From assembly GCA_007693605.1 (NCBI GenBank), contig REDG01000029.1:1-50790 (forward strand): a stretch of 50,790 bases of DNA, given 5' to 3'. The DNA is from Bradymonadales bacterium (GTDB lineage Bacteria > Bdellovibrionota > UBA2394). A model generated the notes under the pieces. It searched no databases. It was given only the letters and a program-made list of their open reading frames with translations, and was not told where the DNA came from. This document shows positions 13,152 to 25,039 of this stretch, piece after piece. Position 1 is the stretch's first letter. Every line of letters starts with the position of its first letter. The translations under genes and the position numbers were made by a program.

Positions 13152-13622
13152 ATGCCAAGAAGAAGACGAGTGTTGCGACGAAGAAGTATTGATCCAGATC
13201 ATCGAAACAACGATGTGGTTGTTTCCAAGTTCATCAATATGATGATGTGGGACGGAAAAAAGGCGAGAACGACGAATATTGTTTACTCCGCCTTTGATGA
13301 TTTGAAGTCAAAGGGAGAAGACCCTGTCAGGGTTTTCAAGAAGGCGATTGATAATGTGAAGCCTGACATCGAAGTTCGATCGCGACGAGTTGGGGGTGCG
13401 AACTACCAGGTGCCCATGGAGGTTCGGCCAGAGCGAAAGTTAAGTTTGAGTTGTCGGTGGCTCATCGAGTCGGCTCGTGCTCGCATTGGGCGCTCGATGG
13501 AAGAGAAGTTGTCCGCTGAGTTTTATGAAGCCTCCCAAGGGCGGGGTGGCGCAATGAGAAAACGAGAAGAAGTACACAAAATGGCTGAGGCCAACAGGGC
13601 TTTTGCTCATTTTAGGTGGTAG
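13152..13622 (+). CDS. rpsG: 30S ribosomal protein S7
   Basis: RRVGGANYQVP, MAEANRAFAHFRW. Confidence 0.99.
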   Translation: MPRRRRVLRRRSIDPDHRNNDVVVSKFINMMMWDGKKARTTNIVYSAFDDLKSKGEDPVRVFKKAIDNVKPDIEVRSRRVGGANYQVPMEVRPERKLSLSCRWLIESARARIGRSMEEKLSAEFYEASQGRGGAMRKREEVHKMAEANRAFAHFRW

Positions 13623-13634
13623 GAAGAGTCGGTT

Positions 13635-15734
13635 GTGGGAATGGCATCCTTAAAACAAAAAGACGCATATCTCGAAAAGATTCGGAACATCGGGATTATT
13701 GCGCATATTGATGCCGGGAAAACAACGACCACGGAAAGAATTCTCTTTTATACGGGTCTCACCCACAAGATTGGGAATGTAGACGAGGGCAACACTCAAA
13801 TGGACTGGATGGTTCAAGAGCAAGAGAGGGGAATCACCATCACCTCTGCTGCTACCACCTGCTATTGGGGGGATTTTCAGATCAATCTGATCGACACCCC
13901 AGGCCATGTTGATTTTACGGTTGAGGTAGAACGGGCTCTTCGAGTTTTAGATGGAGCCGTCGGGGTGTTTTGTGGTGTCGGAGGAGTCGAGCCCCAGTCT
14001 GAAACGGTCTGGCGGCAGGCCGACAAGTATCGAGTTCCGAGAATTGCCTATGTGAACAAGATGGATCGAGTAGGGGCCAGTTTTTCGACAGTCATTCAAT
14101 CAATGAAGGAAAAGCTCAATGCTCAACCCATCGCTCTTCAGCTCCCCATTGGGTCTGAAGACGGCTTTGTGGGCTGCATCGATTTGATCGATGAAAAGGC
14201 CTTGATCTGGGGTGACGACGAAACCGGCGTCGCCTATCGGGTGGAAAGTATTCCTCAAGAAATGATGGAAGAAGCTCGGCTTGCAAGAGAGCAAATGATT
14301 GAGAGCCTGGCAAACGGAGACGAGGCCCTGGCGAATGAGTTTTTAGAGGGCAGGACTATCCTAAGAGACGACATTATTGCTGCCATTAGGCGACAGTGCC
14401 TTGGGCTGAAGTGCATCCCCGTTTTGTGTGGAGCCTCGTTCAAAAACCGAGGGGTTCAGCCCCTTCTCGACGCTGTGGTTCGGTATCTTCCCTCACCCCT
14501 GGATGTTCCTCCGGTCGTGGGGCATGGGCTAGAAACAGCTTCTGAGCCTCTGGTTCGAAAGGCGAGCCTCTCAGAGCCGCTTTCCGCTTTGGCGTTTAAA
14601 ATCATGTCCGACCCCTTTGTGGGCCAGCTTGCCTTCGTTCGGGTCTATTCGGGCAGTTTAGAGAAGGGAACCGCCGTTCAGAATGTTGGGAAAAAGAAGA
14701 AGGAAAAGATCGCTAGGCTGCTAAAAGTGCACGCAAATCATCGGGAAGATGTGAGCTCAATTGAGGCCGGTCGCATTGGAGCTGTCAGCGGGCTAAAGTT
14801 CACGACTACGGGCGACACTTTGGCGGATTTTGATCAGCAGATCTTGTTGGAGTCGATTGCCTTTCCGGACCCCGTCATCTCTGTAGCGATTGAGCCTAAA
14901 ACACAGGCCGATCAAGACAAGCTGACCGAGGCCTTAGAGAAGCTCGCGGTGGAAGACCCCAGCTTTCGAATGAGTCTCAATGAAGAGACCGGACAAATGC
15001 TGATTTCAGGAATGGGAGAGCTCCACTTAGAAGTGGTTGTAGATCGACTTCTGCGTGAATTCAAAGTGAACGCAAGCGTTGGCCGTCCACAGGTCTCTTA
15101 CCGAGAGGCCATTAGTACAGAGGCCAGAGTGAATTATCGGTACGAGAAGGTCATGGCAGGAAAGGGCGTCTTTGCCCATGTGATTCTGAAGGTCGGTCCC
15201 GGAGAGCGATCGAGCGGGGTGGTTTTTGAGAGCCGAGCAAAGGCAACGGACATTCCAGACAGTTTTTTGGGATCTATTGAAGAGGGCGTCCGTGAGGCGG
15301 CCAATTCTGGGGTTCTCACGGGGGCGGCCATCATGGACATTGGGATTAGCCTGGAAGGCGGATCTTTTCATGAGGTGGATTCCTCGGAGACTGCGTTTCG
15401 GGTCGCCGCAGGATTAGCCTTTAGGGAGGCCATCTTGAAGGCCAATCCGCTTCTGTTAGAGCCTGTGATGAGTCTCGAAGTGGTTCTTCCCGAGGAGCAT
15501 ATGAGCCAGGTCATTGGCGATCTGAACGGTCGTCGAGGCCGAGTCTTGGGCTTAGAGGAAAGAGCTGGGAATAAAGTTCTCAAAGGAGAAGTTCCCCTAT
15601 CAGAGATGTTTGGTTATGCTACCGCCTTGCGATCGGTTTCGCAGGGACGAGCTACATTTGCGATGCAGCCGTCACATTACGAGGCGGTACCATCGAACAT
15701 TTCAAAACAATTAATCGGAAATACGACACTTTAG
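13635..15734 (+). CDS. fusA: Elongation factor G (somewhat divergent)
   Basis: [40 protein letters not shown]; str-operon position. Confidence 0.96.
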   Translation: MGMASLKQKDAYLEKIRNIGIIAHIDAGKTTTTERILFYTGLTHKIGNVDEGNTQMDWMVQEQERGITITSAATTCYWGDFQINLIDTPGHVDFTVEVERALRVLDGAVGVFCGVGGVEPQSETVWRQADKYRVPRIAYVNKMDRVGASFSTVIQSMKEKLNAQPIALQLPIGSEDGFVGCIDLIDEKALIWGDDETGVAYRVESIPQEMMEEARLAREQMIESLANGDEALANEFLEGRTILRDDIIAAIRRQCLGLKCIPVLCGASFKNRGVQPLLDAVVRYLPSPLDVPPVVGHGLETASEPLVRKASLSEPLSALAFKIMSDPFVGQLAFVRVYSGSLEKGTAVQNVGKKKKEKIARLLKVHANHREDVSSIEAGRIGAVSGLKFTTTGDTLADFDQQILLESIAFPDPVISVAIEPKTQADQDKLTEALEKLAVEDPSFRMSLNEETGQMLISGMGELHLEVVVDRLLREFKVNASVGRPQVSYREAISTEARVNYRYEKVMAGKGVFAHVILKVGPGERSSGVVFESRAKATDIPDSFLGSIEEGVREAANSGVLTGAAIMDIGISLEGGSFHEVDSSETAFRVAAGLAFREAILKANPLLLEPVMSLEVVLPEEHMSQVIGDLNGRRGRVLGLEERAGNKVLKGEVPLSEMFGYATALRSVSQGRATFAMQPSHYEAVPSNISKQLIGNTTL

Positions 15735-15751
15735 TTGCTTTAGGAGGCAAA

Positions 15752-16942
15752 ATGGCAAAGGCAAAATTTGAAAGGACAAAACCCCATGTCAATGTTGGAA
15801 CCATCGGTCATGTCGACCACGGCAAGACCACATTGACGGCAGCAATCACAAAAGTGGCTTCAGAGCTTGGGAAGGGACAGTTTCTGGATTACGCACAGAT
15901 TGATAAGTCTCCTGAAGAGAAGGCTCGGGGAATTACCATTTCGACAACCCATGTCGAGTATGAAACAGACTCCCGACATTATGCGCATGTGGATTGTCCA
16001 GGTCATGCGGACTATGTGAAAAATATGATTACCGGAGCGGCGCAGATGGACGGAGCGATTTTGGTTTGTTCTGCTGCAGACGGCCCCATGCCACAGACCA
16101 GAGAGCATATTCTCTTGGCTCGTCAGGTGGGAGTGCCTAACATCGTTGTCTTTCTAAACAAATGCGACATGGTGGACGACGAAGAACTCATGGAGCTAGT
16201 TGAAGTAGAGCTCAGAGATCTGTTGAGCTCTTACAAATTTCCAGGAGATGAAATCCCTATTATTCGCGGTTCCGCTTTGAAGGCTCTCGAAGGAGACAAG
16301 GGGCCACTCGGAGCCGAAGCCATTGGCAAGCTTTTGGCGGCATTGGATTCCTACATCCCTGAGCCCACTCGGGACTTGGACAAAGACTTGTTGATGCCCG
16401 TCGAGGATGTGTTCTCAATCTCTGGTCGGGGAACGGTTGTGACCGGCCGAATTGAGAGAGGAATCGTCAAGGTTGGAGATGAAGTCGAAATCGTCGGGAT
16501 TCGGGATACTCAAACGACCGTCATCACCGGTGTGGAAATGTTCCGAAAGCTTTTGGATTCTGGTCAGGCCGGCGACAATGTGGGCCTCTTGCTCCGTGGA
16601 ACGAAGCGAGAGGAAGTTGAGCGAGGTCAGGTCATTGCCAAGAAGGGAAGTATTAAGCCTCACACCAAGTTTAAGGCTGAAGTCTATATCCTCACAAAAG
16701 AAGAGGGCGGACGACATACCCCTTTCTTTAAGGGATATCGACCCCAGTTTTACTTTCGAACTACCGATGTGACTGGCGCCGTGAAGTTGCCTGACAATGT
16801 TGAAATGGTAATGCCCGGAGACAATATTGAAATTGAAGTTGAGCTGATTACTCCCATTGCGATGGAAGAGCAGCTTCGCTTTGCGATTCGTGAAGGCGGA
16901 AGAACCGTTGGCGCGGGCGTTGTGACGAAAATTACAGACTAA
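15752..16942 (+). CDS. tuf: Elongation factor Tu
   Basis: [31 protein letters not shown]. Confidence 0.99.
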   Translation: MAKAKFERTKPHVNVGTIGHVDHGKTTLTAAITKVASELGKGQFLDYAQIDKSPEEKARGITISTTHVEYETDSRHYAHVDCPGHADYVKNMITGAAQMDGAILVCSAADGPMPQTREHILLARQVGVPNIVVFLNKCDMVDDEELMELVEVELRDLLSSYKFPGDEIPIIRGSALKALEGDKGPLGAEAIGKLLAALDSYIPEPTRDLDKDLLMPVEDVFSISGRGTVVTGRIERGIVKVGDEVEIVGIRDTQTTVITGVEMFRKLLDSGQAGDNVGLLLRGTKREEVERGQVIAKKGSIKPHTKFKAEVYILTKEEGGRHTPFFKGYRPQFYFRTTDVTGAVKLPDNVEMVMPGDNIEIEVELITPIAMEEQLRFAIREGGRTVGAGVVTKITD

Positions 16943-16965
16943 GAAAATGAAGAAGGGTTGTTGTC

Positions 16966-17271
16966 GTGCAAGGTGAAAAGATTCGAATCAAACTAAAGGC
17001 CTATGACTCGGTTCTAATTGACTCGGCGATTCGAGAGATTGTCTCGACTGCCGAGAGAACGGGGGCGCAGATTGCGGGCCCCGTTCCTTTGCCGACAAAG
17101 AAAAGCCGGTTTTGTGTATTGAGGTCGCCCCATGTGGACAAGAAGTCTCGAGAGCATTTTGAGATTCGAACTCACAAGAGGTTGCTAGACATTGTCAGTC
17201 CTACGCAACAAACCATTGACGCTCTTATGAAGCTCGACCTTTCGGCCGGGGTTCATGTGGAGATTGAGTGA
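16966..17271 (+). CDS. rpsJ: 30S ribosomal protein S10
   Basis: [26 protein letters not shown]. Confidence 0.99.
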   Translation: MQGEKIRIKLKAYDSVLIDSAIREIVSTAERTGAQIAGPVPLPTKKSRFCVLRSPHVDKKSREHFEIRTHKRLLDIVSPTQQTIDALMKLDLSAGVHVEIE

Positions 17272-17290
17272 GATAGATCAGGAGTTATTC

Positions 17291-17929
17291 ATGAGCGCAT
17301 TGATTGGAAGAAAGATAGCGATGACTCAGGTGTTTGGGCCGGATGGTGAGCTGGTGCCAGCCACGATCATTCAGGCGGGGCCTTGCAGAGTTCTGGAGCA
17401 CAAGACTGCGGAAACAGCGGGCTACGAGTCGAGCATTCTGGGTTTTGAAGAGATTCCTGGAGCGAAGCTGAAGAAGAAAGCCTTGTTGGGCTGGTTTAAG
17501 AAACTGAAGTCCCCCGCTTATCGGGTGGTTCGAGAGTTTTCGCGCGTTGAAGCTGAAGTCGGCAGTCTTGTGGGCGTTGAGCAGTTTAAGGCTGGCGATT
17601 CCGTAAAGATTCAAGGGGTCTCTAAGGGAAAAGGTTGGGCGGGAGCCATTAAGCGATGGAATTTCTCAAGAGGTCGAGAGACTCATGGAGGAAACTTTAA
17701 TCGAGCCCTGGGGGGTACGGGCATGAATACCTGGCCTGCCAGAACCTATCGCGGCAGAAAAATGTCGGGTCGTTTAGGAAATGAAACGACGAGTTTGGTG
17801 GCCGTACAAGTGGTGGCAGTGATGCCAGAAGATGCTTTGTTGATCGTGAAAGGCCCAGTGCCTGGCTGCAAAACAGGCCTTCTCAAAATCGAGATGAGTT
17901 CTCGTGGAAAGAAAAAGCTCGCCGCCTAG
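17291..17929 (+). CDS. rplC: 50S ribosomal protein L3
   Basis: GRKIAMTQVF, SKGKGWAGAIKRW; ATG after AGGAG. Confidence 0.98.
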   Translation: MSALIGRKIAMTQVFGPDGELVPATIIQAGPCRVLEHKTAETAGYESSILGFEEIPGAKLKKKALLGWFKKLKSPAYRVVREFSRVEAEVGSLVGVEQFKAGDSVKIQGVSKGKGWAGAIKRWNFSRGRETHGGNFNRALGGTGMNTWPARTYRGRKMSGRLGNETTSLVAVQVVAVMPEDALLIVKGPVPGCKTGLLKIEMSSRGKKKLAA

Positions 17930-17956
17930 ATGCGGTGTGAAGCGCAAGGAGTGAAT

Positions 17957-18604
17957 ATGGCACAGCTAGTCTTAGTTAAATTGCCAAAGGCTGAAGGGGG
18001 ATCAAAGATTGAGGCCTCGGATGCGATTTTTAAACTTCCACTTCGGAAGGATATTTTGAATGAGTATGTCATTATGCAGAGGCGTGCGTTGCGACAAGGG
18101 ACCCATTCAACAAAGACTCGTGCGGAAGTTGCAGGAACCGGAAAGAAGCCTTTTCGGCAAAAGGGAACCGGAAATGCTCGGCAAGGAAGCTTGAAAGGGC
18201 CTCATCAGTATGGTGGAGGGGTCGCCTTTGGGCCGAAGCCTCGCAATTATGAAATGAAGCTCAACCGCAAGCAAAAGAAAGAGGCCATTAGAGTAGCGCT
18301 CTCTCAGAAAAATTTTGAGCAGAAGCTTTTAGTAGTGGACGCATTTGAAGTGGCCTCGGGCAAGACCAAAGATGCCGTCAATCTTTTGAGCGCTTATCGG
18401 GCAAAGAAACTTTTGCTTGTTGGCAACTTTGACGACATGACTCGAAGGAGTCTTCAGAACTTGCAGTCGGTTCGTTTGATTCCAGCCGAGGCGCTGAATG
18501 TTCGAGATCTGCTCAAGGCAGAATTTGTATTGTTGACGAAGGCGGCCTTTGATTGGATCGAAGAAAATTTTAAACAAGAAAAGCTTGAAGGGGCTGCCGC
18601 ATGA
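17957..18604 (+). CDS. rplD: 50S ribosomal protein L4
   Basis: RQGTHSTKTRAEV..KPFRQKGTGNARQG; ATG after AAGGAG. Confidence 0.98.
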   Translation: MAQLVLVKLPKAEGGSKIEASDAIFKLPLRKDILNEYVIMQRRALRQGTHSTKTRAEVAGTGKKPFRQKGTGNARQGSLKGPHQYGGGVAFGPKPRNYEMKLNRKQKKEAIRVALSQKNFEQKLLVVDAFEVASGKTKDAVNLLSAYRAKKLLLVGNFDDMTRRSLQNLQSVRLIPAEALNVRDLLKAEFVLLTKAAFDWIEENFKQEKLEGAAA

Positions 18605-18888
18605 AAAATTCAGTGATCAAGTATCCGATTTTAAGTGAGAAGACTTCAGCTCAACAAGAATCAGCCAATCAATACTCATTTGCGGTGTCCTTAGATGCCA
18701 ACAAATTGGATGTAAAGAAGGCGGTTGAAGGTTTGAAAAAGGACATTGAGGTGACCCAAGTCAGAACTCAGGTGGTCCGGGGAAAAGTAAAGAGAGTGGG
18801 GGCGAGCAAAGGAAAGCGTCCGAATTGGAAAAAGGCCATCGTGCGCTTGAAGAGTGGCCAGAGCTTAGATTTGTTGGAGTCGCTCTAG
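18601..18888 (+). CDS. rplW: 50S ribosomal protein L23
   Basis: [14 protein letters not shown]. Confidence 0.98.
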   Translation: MKNSVIKYPILSEKTSAQQESANQYSFAVSLDANKLDVKKAVEGLKKDIEVTQVRTQVVRGKVKRVGASKGKRPNWKKAIVRLKSGQSLDLLESL

Positions 18889-18901
18889 AGAGGTAAAAAT
18901 T

Positions 18902-19738
18902 ATGTCGCTATATAGACCGATCACACCAGGCCGAAGACAGTATTCGGCGAGAGATTTTAGTTCGTTGACTGCGGGTAAAAAACCCCATCGTCCACTTTTG
19001 GAGCCTTACAAGTCGAGTGGTGGGCGAAACAATCAGGGCCGAACAACTTCTCGTTTTCGAGGAGGTGGGCACAAGAGGCTTTATCGAGTCATCGATTTTA
19101 AGAGAGACAAGCAGGGGATGGCCGGGCGGGTCATTAGCATTGAATATGACCCGAATCGCAGCGTTAATATTGCTTTGATTCAATATCCAGATGGCGATAA
19201 GCGCTATATTTTGGCTCCGGATAGTTTGGGGCTGAACCAGGTGGTTGAGGCAGGAGAAAAGGCGGACATTCGACCTGGCTGCGCCCTTCCTCTAAAAAGT
19301 ATTCCAGTCGGTTCGGTGATTCACAACATCGAGTTAAAAAGAGGAAAAGGGGGAGCCCTTGTCCGTTCGGCTGGGACGGCGGCCCAGCTGGTCGCCAAAG
19401 AGGGCGACTACGCCACCGTGAAACTTCCTTCCGGTGAAATGAGAAAGGTTTGGATCGAAAACTTTGCCTCGATCGGACAGCTGGGCAATCAGAACCATAT
19501 GAATGTCAGTCTTGGCAAGGCAGGTCGAAAGCGATGGATGGGTCGGCGACCTCACAATCGGGGTACAAGTATGAACCCGATTGACCATCCTCATGGGGGC
19601 GGTGAAGGCAGAACTTCTGGCGGACGCCATCCTGTCAGTCCCTGGGGTAAGCCGACAAAAGGTTATCGAACGAGAATGAACAAGCGAACCGATAAGTTCA
19701 TTGTTCAGAGGCGTTCTAGGAAGAAAGTGAAGGGTTAA
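18902..19738 (+). CDS. rplB: 50S ribosomal protein L2
   Basis: [21 protein letters not shown]. Confidence 0.99.
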   Translation: MSLYRPITPGRRQYSARDFSSLTAGKKPHRPLLEPYKSSGGRNNQGRTTSRFRGGGHKRLYRVIDFKRDKQGMAGRVISIEYDPNRSVNIALIQYPDGDKRYILAPDSLGLNQVVEAGEKADIRPGCALPLKSIPVGSVIHNIELKRGKGGALVRSAGTAAQLVAKEGDYATVKLPSGEMRKVWIENFASIGQLGNQNHMNVSLGKAGRKRWMGRRPHNRGTSMNPIDHPHGGGEGRTSGGRHPVSPWGKPTKGYRTRMNKRTDKFIVQRRSRKKVKG

Positions 19739-19743
19739 TCGTT

Positions 19744-20019
19744 ATGGCTCGTTCTTTAAAAAAGGGTCCCTTTGTTGATCAGCACTTGATTGAGAAAGTT
19801 TTGGCTCATCAAGAAACAGGCGGAAAGAAGATCGTGAAGACCTGGTCTCGTCGGTCGACTATTGTGCCCGAAATGATCGGGATGAATATTGCTGTTCATA
19901 ATGGAAAAACTTTTGTGCCCGTCTATGTCACCGACAATATGGTGGGCCACAAGCTGGGAGAGTTTTCGCCCACGAGAACATTCAAAGCACACGCGGGTGA
20001 TCGAAAGGCTGGGAAGTAA
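19744..20019 (+). CDS. rpsS: 30S ribosomal protein S19
   Basis: [21 protein letters not shown]. Confidence 0.99.
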   Translation: MARSLKKGPFVDQHLIEKVLAHQETGGKKIVKTWSRRSTIVPEMIGMNIAVHNGKTFVPVYVTDNMVGHKLGEFSPTRTFKAHAGDRKAGK

Positions 20020-20022
20020 ACG

Positions 20023-20349
20023 ATGGAAGCACGCGCTAAATTGACAAACATTAGACTGTCTCCAAGAAAGCTAGACCCTGTGGCCAGAATGGTTCGAGGA
20101 AAGCCGCTGGCATTGGCCATTGCTCAACTCGCCTATACCCCCCGAAAGGGAGCTAGGATTTTGCAGAAGGTTTTGGAGTCCGCTCGGGCAAATGCTTCGG
20201 AAAGACAGATCGATGTGGACACCTTGAAAGTAAAAGCAGTTGAGATTGGGAAGGGGCCCACTTTGTTTCGAATTATGACAAGGCAAAGAGGTTCGGCCCA
20301 TCGAATTCAAAAGCGAACGAGTCATATCTCAGTGGTCGTTGAGGATTAG
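20023..20349 (+). CDS. rplV: 50S ribosomal protein L22
   Basis: [20 protein letters not shown]. Confidence 0.98.
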   Translation: MEARAKLTNIRLSPRKLDPVARMVRGKPLALAIAQLAYTPRKGARILQKVLESARANASERQIDVDTLKVKAVEIGKGPTLFRIMTRQRGSAHRIQKRTSHISVVVED

Positions 20350-20357
20350 GAGAAAGA

Positions 20358-21026
20358 ATGGGACAGAAGATACATCCTGGTGGGCTAAGATTAAAGATTC
20401 TCAAGACTTGGGACTCGATTTGGTTTGCTGAGAAAAAATCCTATGGGAATTTGCTGGCAGAAGATCTTAGGGTGAGAAAGTTCATCGATGACAAGCTTTC
20501 TCACGCAGGAGTTTCAAAAGTCGTGATCGAGAGGTCCTCCTCAAAGGTGCGGGTCTCGATTCACACTTCTCGACCCGGCATTATCATCGGCAAAAAGGGA
20601 GCCGGCATTGATATTTTGAAGGCTCAGATTCAAAAGCTAGTGAGTGCGGAGCTTCTGCTAAATATCAAAGAAGTACGGAAGGCTGAAGTGGATGCGAAGT
20701 TGGTCGCAGAGAACATCGCCACCCAGCTCGAGAGACGAGTTGCCTTTAGGCGGGCGATGAAGAAGGCCATACAGTCTTCGATGAAGTTCGGCGCCCAAGG
20801 GATCAAGGTCATGGTGGCCGGTCGTTTGGGGGGTGCAGATATGGCAAGAACCGAGCGATATCATGAAGGCCGAGTGCCTCTGCATACGCTTCGGGCAAAC
20901 ATTGATTATGGCACCGCGAGAGCCAAGACCACTTACGGAATTATTGGAATCAAGGTTTGGATTTTCCATGGCGAAGTCTATGAGAAGAAAAAAGAAAAAG
21001 ATGAGGCGGAGAGCCTAGTAGCCTAA
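20358..21026 (+). CDS. rpsC: 30S ribosomal protein S3
   Basis: [26 protein letters not shown]. Confidence 0.99.
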   Translation: MGQKIHPGGLRLKILKTWDSIWFAEKKSYGNLLAEDLRVRKFIDDKLSHAGVSKVVIERSSSKVRVSIHTSRPGIIIGKKGAGIDILKAQIQKLVSAELLLNIKEVRKAEVDAKLVAENIATQLERRVAFRRAMKKAIQSSMKFGAQGIKVMVAGRLGGADMARTERYHEGRVPLHTLRANIDYGTARAKTTYGIIGIKVWIFHGEVYEKKKEKDEAESLVA

Positions 21027-21046
21027 GGGCTGAGGAGTAAGAGTTT

Positions 21047-21460
21047 ATGTTGCAGCCAGCGAGAACAAAGTGGCGGAAGCAGTCAAAGGGAAGAAACCGG
21101 GGCAAGGCGACCCGAGGGAATCTGCTGTCCTTTGGAGATTTTGGTCTTCAGGCGACCGATCGAGGCCGTTTGACGGCTCGTCAGATTGAGGCCGGACGGA
21201 TTAGCATCAGTCGGCATGTAAAGAGGGGTGGCAAGCTTTTCATTCGGGTCTTCCCAGACAAGCCGGTGTCCAAGAAGCCTTTGGAAGTGCGAATGGGTAA
21301 GGGAAAGGGCTCGCCAGAGTTTTGGGTCTCTGTTATTAAGCCAGGTCGGGTTCTGTTTGAGATTGAAGGCGTTTCTGAGCAACTTGCGAGAGAGGCCTTT
21401 CATCGTGCGGCCTCTAAGATGGGCTTAAAAACCCGTTTTGTATCGAGGGAGATGATGTAA
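21047..21460 (+). CDS. rplP: 50S ribosomal protein L16
   Basis: [18 protein letters not shown]. Confidence 0.99.
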   Translation: MLQPARTKWRKQSKGRNRGKATRGNLLSFGDFGLQATDRGRLTARQIEAGRISISRHVKRGGKLFIRVFPDKPVSKKPLEVRMGKGKGSPEFWVSVIKPGRVLFEIEGVSEQLAREAFHRAASKMGLKTRFVSREMM

Positions 21461-21678
21461 TGAAGACGGTCGATCTAACAAAGATGAGTGATTCAGAGCT
21501 CTTGGCAAGAGAGGTCGAGTTTCGTTCTGAGCTTCAAGCGGGAAGACTTCGCTGGAGGCTCGGTCAATTTAAACAAACGGCTGAGTTTAAGCGATTGAGG
21601 CAAGAAATTGCTCGAATCAAGACTCAGTTGTCAAAACTTCGAAGAGAAGTGGAGAACAAAAATGAATCAGCGGGCTGA
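21460..21678 (+). CDS. rpmC: 50S ribosomal protein L29
   Basis: LRQEIARIKT; lies between rplP and rpsQ. Confidence 0.95.
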   Translation: MKTVDLTKMSDSELLAREVEFRSELQAGRLRWRLGQFKQTAEFKRLRQEIARIKTQLSKLRREVENKNESAG

Positions 21679-21958
21679 AACAGAGACGAAGAGACGAAAG
21701 CTGATTGTTGGCAGGGTGGTGTCGAACAAGATGGACAAGACCATCGTTGTGCAAGCCGCTCGTCTGACAAAACATCCGGTTTACGGAAAGTATTATAAGA
21801 AGTTTAAGAAATATAAGGCCCATGATGAAACAAACCAGTGTGGAGTTGGAGACCAAGTTGAGCTTATTGAGAGCGCACCCATTTCAAAAGAGAAGGCATA
21901 TCGCCTAAAAAGGGTGATTGAAAAAGCCGCTGTGGCTGAAGTAGAGGCGGCCGTTTAG
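21662..21958 (+). CDS. rpsQ: 30S ribosomal protein S17
   Basis: GRVVSNKMDKTIVV, HPVYGK, AHDE. Confidence 0.98.
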   Translation: MNQRAETETKRRKLIVGRVVSNKMDKTIVVQAARLTKHPVYGKYYKKFKKYKAHDETNQCGVGDQVELIESAPISKEKAYRLKRVIEKAAVAEVEAAV

Positions 21959-21987
21959 TCTTATTGGGGTTTTGAGGAGAAATTTAA

Positions 21988-22356
21988 ATGATACAGGTTC
22001 AATCTCGACTTTCAGTGGCAGACAATACCGGAGCGACGGAAGTGCAGTGCATTAAGGTCTTGGGTGGAAGTAAGAGGCGTTACGCTTCGATTGGGGATGT
22101 GATTGTTGTCGCCGTCAAAGACGCGATTCCTACCGGTCGAGTCAAAAAAGGAGAAGTGAAGAGAGCCGTTGTTGTTCGCGTCTCGAAGGAGTACTTGCGA
22201 TCGGACGGTACACACATTCGATTTGATGACAATGCCGCCGTCATTGTGGACAACAATAAAGAGCCGGTCGGCACTCGAATCTTCGGGCCTGTTTCGAGAG
22301 AGTTGAGAGGAAAAAAGTTTATGAAGATTATTTCGTTGGCACCGGAGGTTCTTTAG
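21988..22356 (+). CDS. rplN: 50S ribosomal protein L14
   Basis: [23 protein letters not shown]. Confidence 0.99.
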   Translation: MIQVQSRLSVADNTGATEVQCIKVLGGSKRRYASIGDVIVVAVKDAIPTGRVKKGEVKRAVVVRVSKEYLRSDGTHIRFDDNAAVIVDNNKEPVGTRIFGPVSRELRGKKFMKIISLAPEVL

Positions 22357-22358
22357 TC

Positions 22359-22688
22359 ATGCAGAAGATAAAGAAGGGCGACACGGTTCAGGCAATCGCT
22401 GGCCTTGCTGGTCAAGAAAAGAGAAGAGGGAAGGTTGTAGAGATCTTTCGAAAAGAAGGGAAATGTCTTGTTGAAGGCATGAGAATGGTGAAGAAACACC
22501 AAAAAGCCTCTTCTGCGGGAGCTCCCTCTGGGATTGTTGAAAAGAACATGAAGATGGATCTTTCGAACTTAGCTTTGGTGGACCCAAAGACGAGTCAGCC
22601 GAGTCGAGTGAAGATCGTGGAAGAAAACGGAAAAAAACTTCGCCGATTTGTTAAATCTGGTGAGTTGGTGGATAAGCCCGAGGCGTAA
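22359..22688 (+). CDS. rplX: 50S ribosomal protein L24
   Basis: KIKKGDTV KOW motif; gene order. Confidence 0.97.
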   Translation: MQKIKKGDTVQAIAGLAGQEKRRGKVVEIFRKEGKCLVEGMRMVKKHQKASSAGAPSGIVEKNMKMDLSNLALVDPKTSQPSRVKIVEENGKKLRRFVKSGELVDKPEA

Positions 22689-22706
22689 AAGGGCAGAGGT
22701 TAAGAA

Positions 22707-23348
22707 ATGGCAAAGAGAGAAAAGACGACGAAAAAACCAAAGAAGGGGGCGGTAGAGCTTCAGGCCGGAGAGCAGATAAAGGGGCCGGAGCCTCGCTTGC
22801 GCATTCTCTATCGAGAGAAGGTCCTGCCCGAGTTGATGAAAGAGTTCGGCTTTAAGAATCCGATGAGGGTTCCCAAGTTGAAAAAAATTGTGATCAATAT
22901 TGGCTTGGGTCGAGCCACTCAAAACGCCAAAATCATTGATCAAGCTCTGAAGGATTTGGCCTCAATTACGGGACAAAAGCCCGTGAAGGCTCGCTCAAAG
23001 CAGGCGATTTCGAATTTCAAGCTGAGAGCAGGGCTGCCGATTGGAGTCTATGTCAATCTGCGAGGCATTCATATGTGGGAGTTTTTGGATCGATTGCTCA
23101 ACCTTGCGTTGCCAAGAATTCGAGACTTTCGAGGAGTGCACGATGGTGGTTTCGATGGCCGCGGGAACTTTACCCTGGGACTCAGAGATCATTTGGTTTT
23201 TCCGGAAGTAGATTTTGATTCGGCAGACAACCAGTACGGAATGAATATTAGTTTTGTAACAACCGCGGAGAAGGATGAAGAGTGCCGCCTTCTTTTGGCA
23301 AGCTTGGGCATGCCGTTCCGCAAAAGAGCGGCTCAGAAAGCGGCATAG
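22707..23348 (+). CDS. rplE: 50S ribosomal protein L5 (N-terminal extension)
   Basis: [22 protein letters not shown]. Confidence 0.99.
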   Translation: MAKREKTTKKPKKGAVELQAGEQIKGPEPRLRILYREKVLPELMKEFGFKNPMRVPKLKKIVINIGLGRATQNAKIIDQALKDLASITGQKPVKARSKQAISNFKLRAGLPIGVYVNLRGIHMWEFLDRLLNLALPRIRDFRGVHDGGFDGRGNFTLGLRDHLVFPEVDFDSADNQYGMNISFVTTAEKDEECRLLLASLGMPFRKRAAQKAA

Positions 23349-23360
23349 GGGCTTAGGATT

Positions 23361-23666
23361 ATGGCAAAAAAGAGTAGTATCGAGAAGTATCATAGAAACT
23401 TGAGGAAGGTAGAGCGGTTTCGTTCATATCGGCTTGAGTTAAAAGAGAAAGTGCGGAGCCCAAAATCTTCTGATGAGGAGAGGGCCGAGGCCATGATGAA
23501 GTTGGCGACCTTGCCAAGGACGGCCCTGCCCGTTCGGGTTAGAAATCGATGCCAGTTGACGGGTCGAAGTCGAGCGGTTTATCGAAGGTTCAAGCTTTCT
23601 CGAATTAAATTCCGAGAATTGGCACATCAGGGATTGCTTCCTGGCGTGTCTAAGGCGAGTTGGTGA
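23361..23666 (+). CDS. rpsN: 30S ribosomal protein S14 (101-aa zinc-free type)
   Basis: [27 protein letters not shown]. Confidence 0.98.
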   Translation: MAKKSSIEKYHRNLRKVERFRSYRLELKEKVRSPKSSDEERAEAMMKLATLPRTALPVRVRNRCQLTGRSRAVYRRFKLSRIKFRELAHQGLLPGVSKASW

Positions 23667-23674
23667 GGTAGAAA

Positions 23675-24079
23675 ATGATTACAGATACAATAGCAGACTG
23701 TTTAACAAGACTCCGCAACGCCGGAATGGCCGGCCATGCTCAGTTCAAGGCCCCCCACTCGAACATGAATGAAGGGATCTTCAGAATTCTAATGAAAGAG
23801 GGTTATCTGAGTGGCGTAGAGGTCGTGTCTGAGGGCCCCACCGGAAAACGAAAAAATTTGGTGGTCAGCTTGAGGTACACAAAAGACGGAAAACCCGCTG
23901 TCAACTTTTTGAGAAGGGTGAGCCGTCCAAGCCACAGAGTTTATCGAAAGGCCCCCGAGAAGCTAGAGGTTCGCTCGGGTTTTGGTTTGCAAATTCTTTC
24001 TACTTCGAAGGGACTGATGACAGACAAAGAGGCCATCGAGAAAAAACTGGGCGGTGAAGTCATCGCCGAGTTGTGGTGA
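23675..24079 (+). CDS. rpsH: 30S ribosomal protein S8
   Basis: DTIADCLTRLRN, STSKG, GGEV. Confidence 0.98.
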   Translation: MITDTIADCLTRLRNAGMAGHAQFKAPHSNMNEGIFRILMKEGYLSGVEVVSEGPTGKRKNLVVSLRYTKDGKPAVNFLRRVSRPSHRVYRKAPEKLEVRSGFGLQILSTSKGLMTDKEAIEKKLGGEVIAELW

Positions 24080-24106
24080 AAAAGAACGAATGAGGAGTGT
24101 TTTGAA

Positions 24107-24655
24107 ATGTCTCGTTTAGGAAAGCGACCCATTAAGCTACCCAATGGGGTAAAGCTCAGCTGGAAGCCCGGCAATATTTTTGTTGAGGGTCCGAAGGGAA
24201 AATTGACTAGGAATATTCCGGAGTCCATCAAGGTGGAGCTCAAAGACTCTGAGGCTGTGTTGCAGCGAACGGAGGAGAGCAAACAGGCCAGAGCCGATCA
24301 CGGGCTTGTATGGTCCCTGTTGAATGCCATGGTGAAGGGCGTTTCTGAGGGCTTCGAGAAAAGGTTGCAGTCTGTCGGTGTTGGATATCGAATGAGCGTG
24401 CAAGGCCAGAAGCTGACGCTCAATGTGGGCTATTCTCATCCAGTGATTTTTGACTTGCCTCAAGGAGTGGCGGCCAAGGTGTCGGATCAAACCAAATTGA
24501 GTTTGATGGGAATCGATAAAGAACAGATTGGAGCCTTGGCGGATAAGATCCGAGGGGTTCGGCCTCCAGAACCCTATAAGGGCAAGGGCATTCGCTACGA
24601 GGGTGAAAGAATTCAAATGAAAGAAGGAAAGTCCGCAGCAGGTGGCGGCAAATAA
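24107..24655 (+). CDS. rplF: 50S ribosomal protein L6
   Basis: MSRLGK, RPPEPYKGKGIRY. Confidence 0.99.
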   Translation: MSRLGKRPIKLPNGVKLSWKPGNIFVEGPKGKLTRNIPESIKVELKDSEAVLQRTEESKQARADHGLVWSLLNAMVKGVSEGFEKRLQSVGVGYRMSVQGQKLTLNVGYSHPVIFDLPQGVAAKVSDQTKLSLMGIDKEQIGALADKIRGVRPPEPYKGKGIRYEGERIQMKEGKSAAGGGK

Positions 24656-24663
24656 GGTGATTT

Positions 24664-25029
24664 ATGGCAGCGAAAACAAAGTCTGAGTTAAGAAAAGCAA
24701 GACGAGCAAGGATTCGAAGGAAGATCTCAGGGACCGGAGAGCGGCCCCGATTTTCTGTATTTCGATCGGCGCGCTATCTTTATGTTCAAGTCATTGATGA
24801 CATGACCGGAAGGACTATCTGTACCGCCTCTTCTCTGGAGCCCGACTTGAAGAAGGGTTTAAAGTCTTGTCGCTCGATTGAAGCAGCGAAAGAGGTAGGA
24901 AAATTGATAGCGAGTCGCGCGAAAGAGAAAAAAGTAGAGAAAGTCGTTTTTGATCGGAGCGGCTATATCTATCATGGTCGAGTGAAGGCTTTGGCTGAAG
25001 GAGCTCGAGAGGCCGGTTTAAATTTTTAA
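24664..25029 (+). CDS. rplR: 50S ribosomal protein L18
   Basis: [18 protein letters not shown]. Confidence 0.99.
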   Translation: MAAKTKSELRKARRARIRRKISGTGERPRFSVFRSARYLYVQVIDDMTGRTICTASSLEPDLKKGLKSCRSIEAAKEVGKLIASRAKEKKVEKVVFDRSGYIYHGRVKALAEGAREAGLNF

Positions 25030-25039
25030 GGAGAAGATT

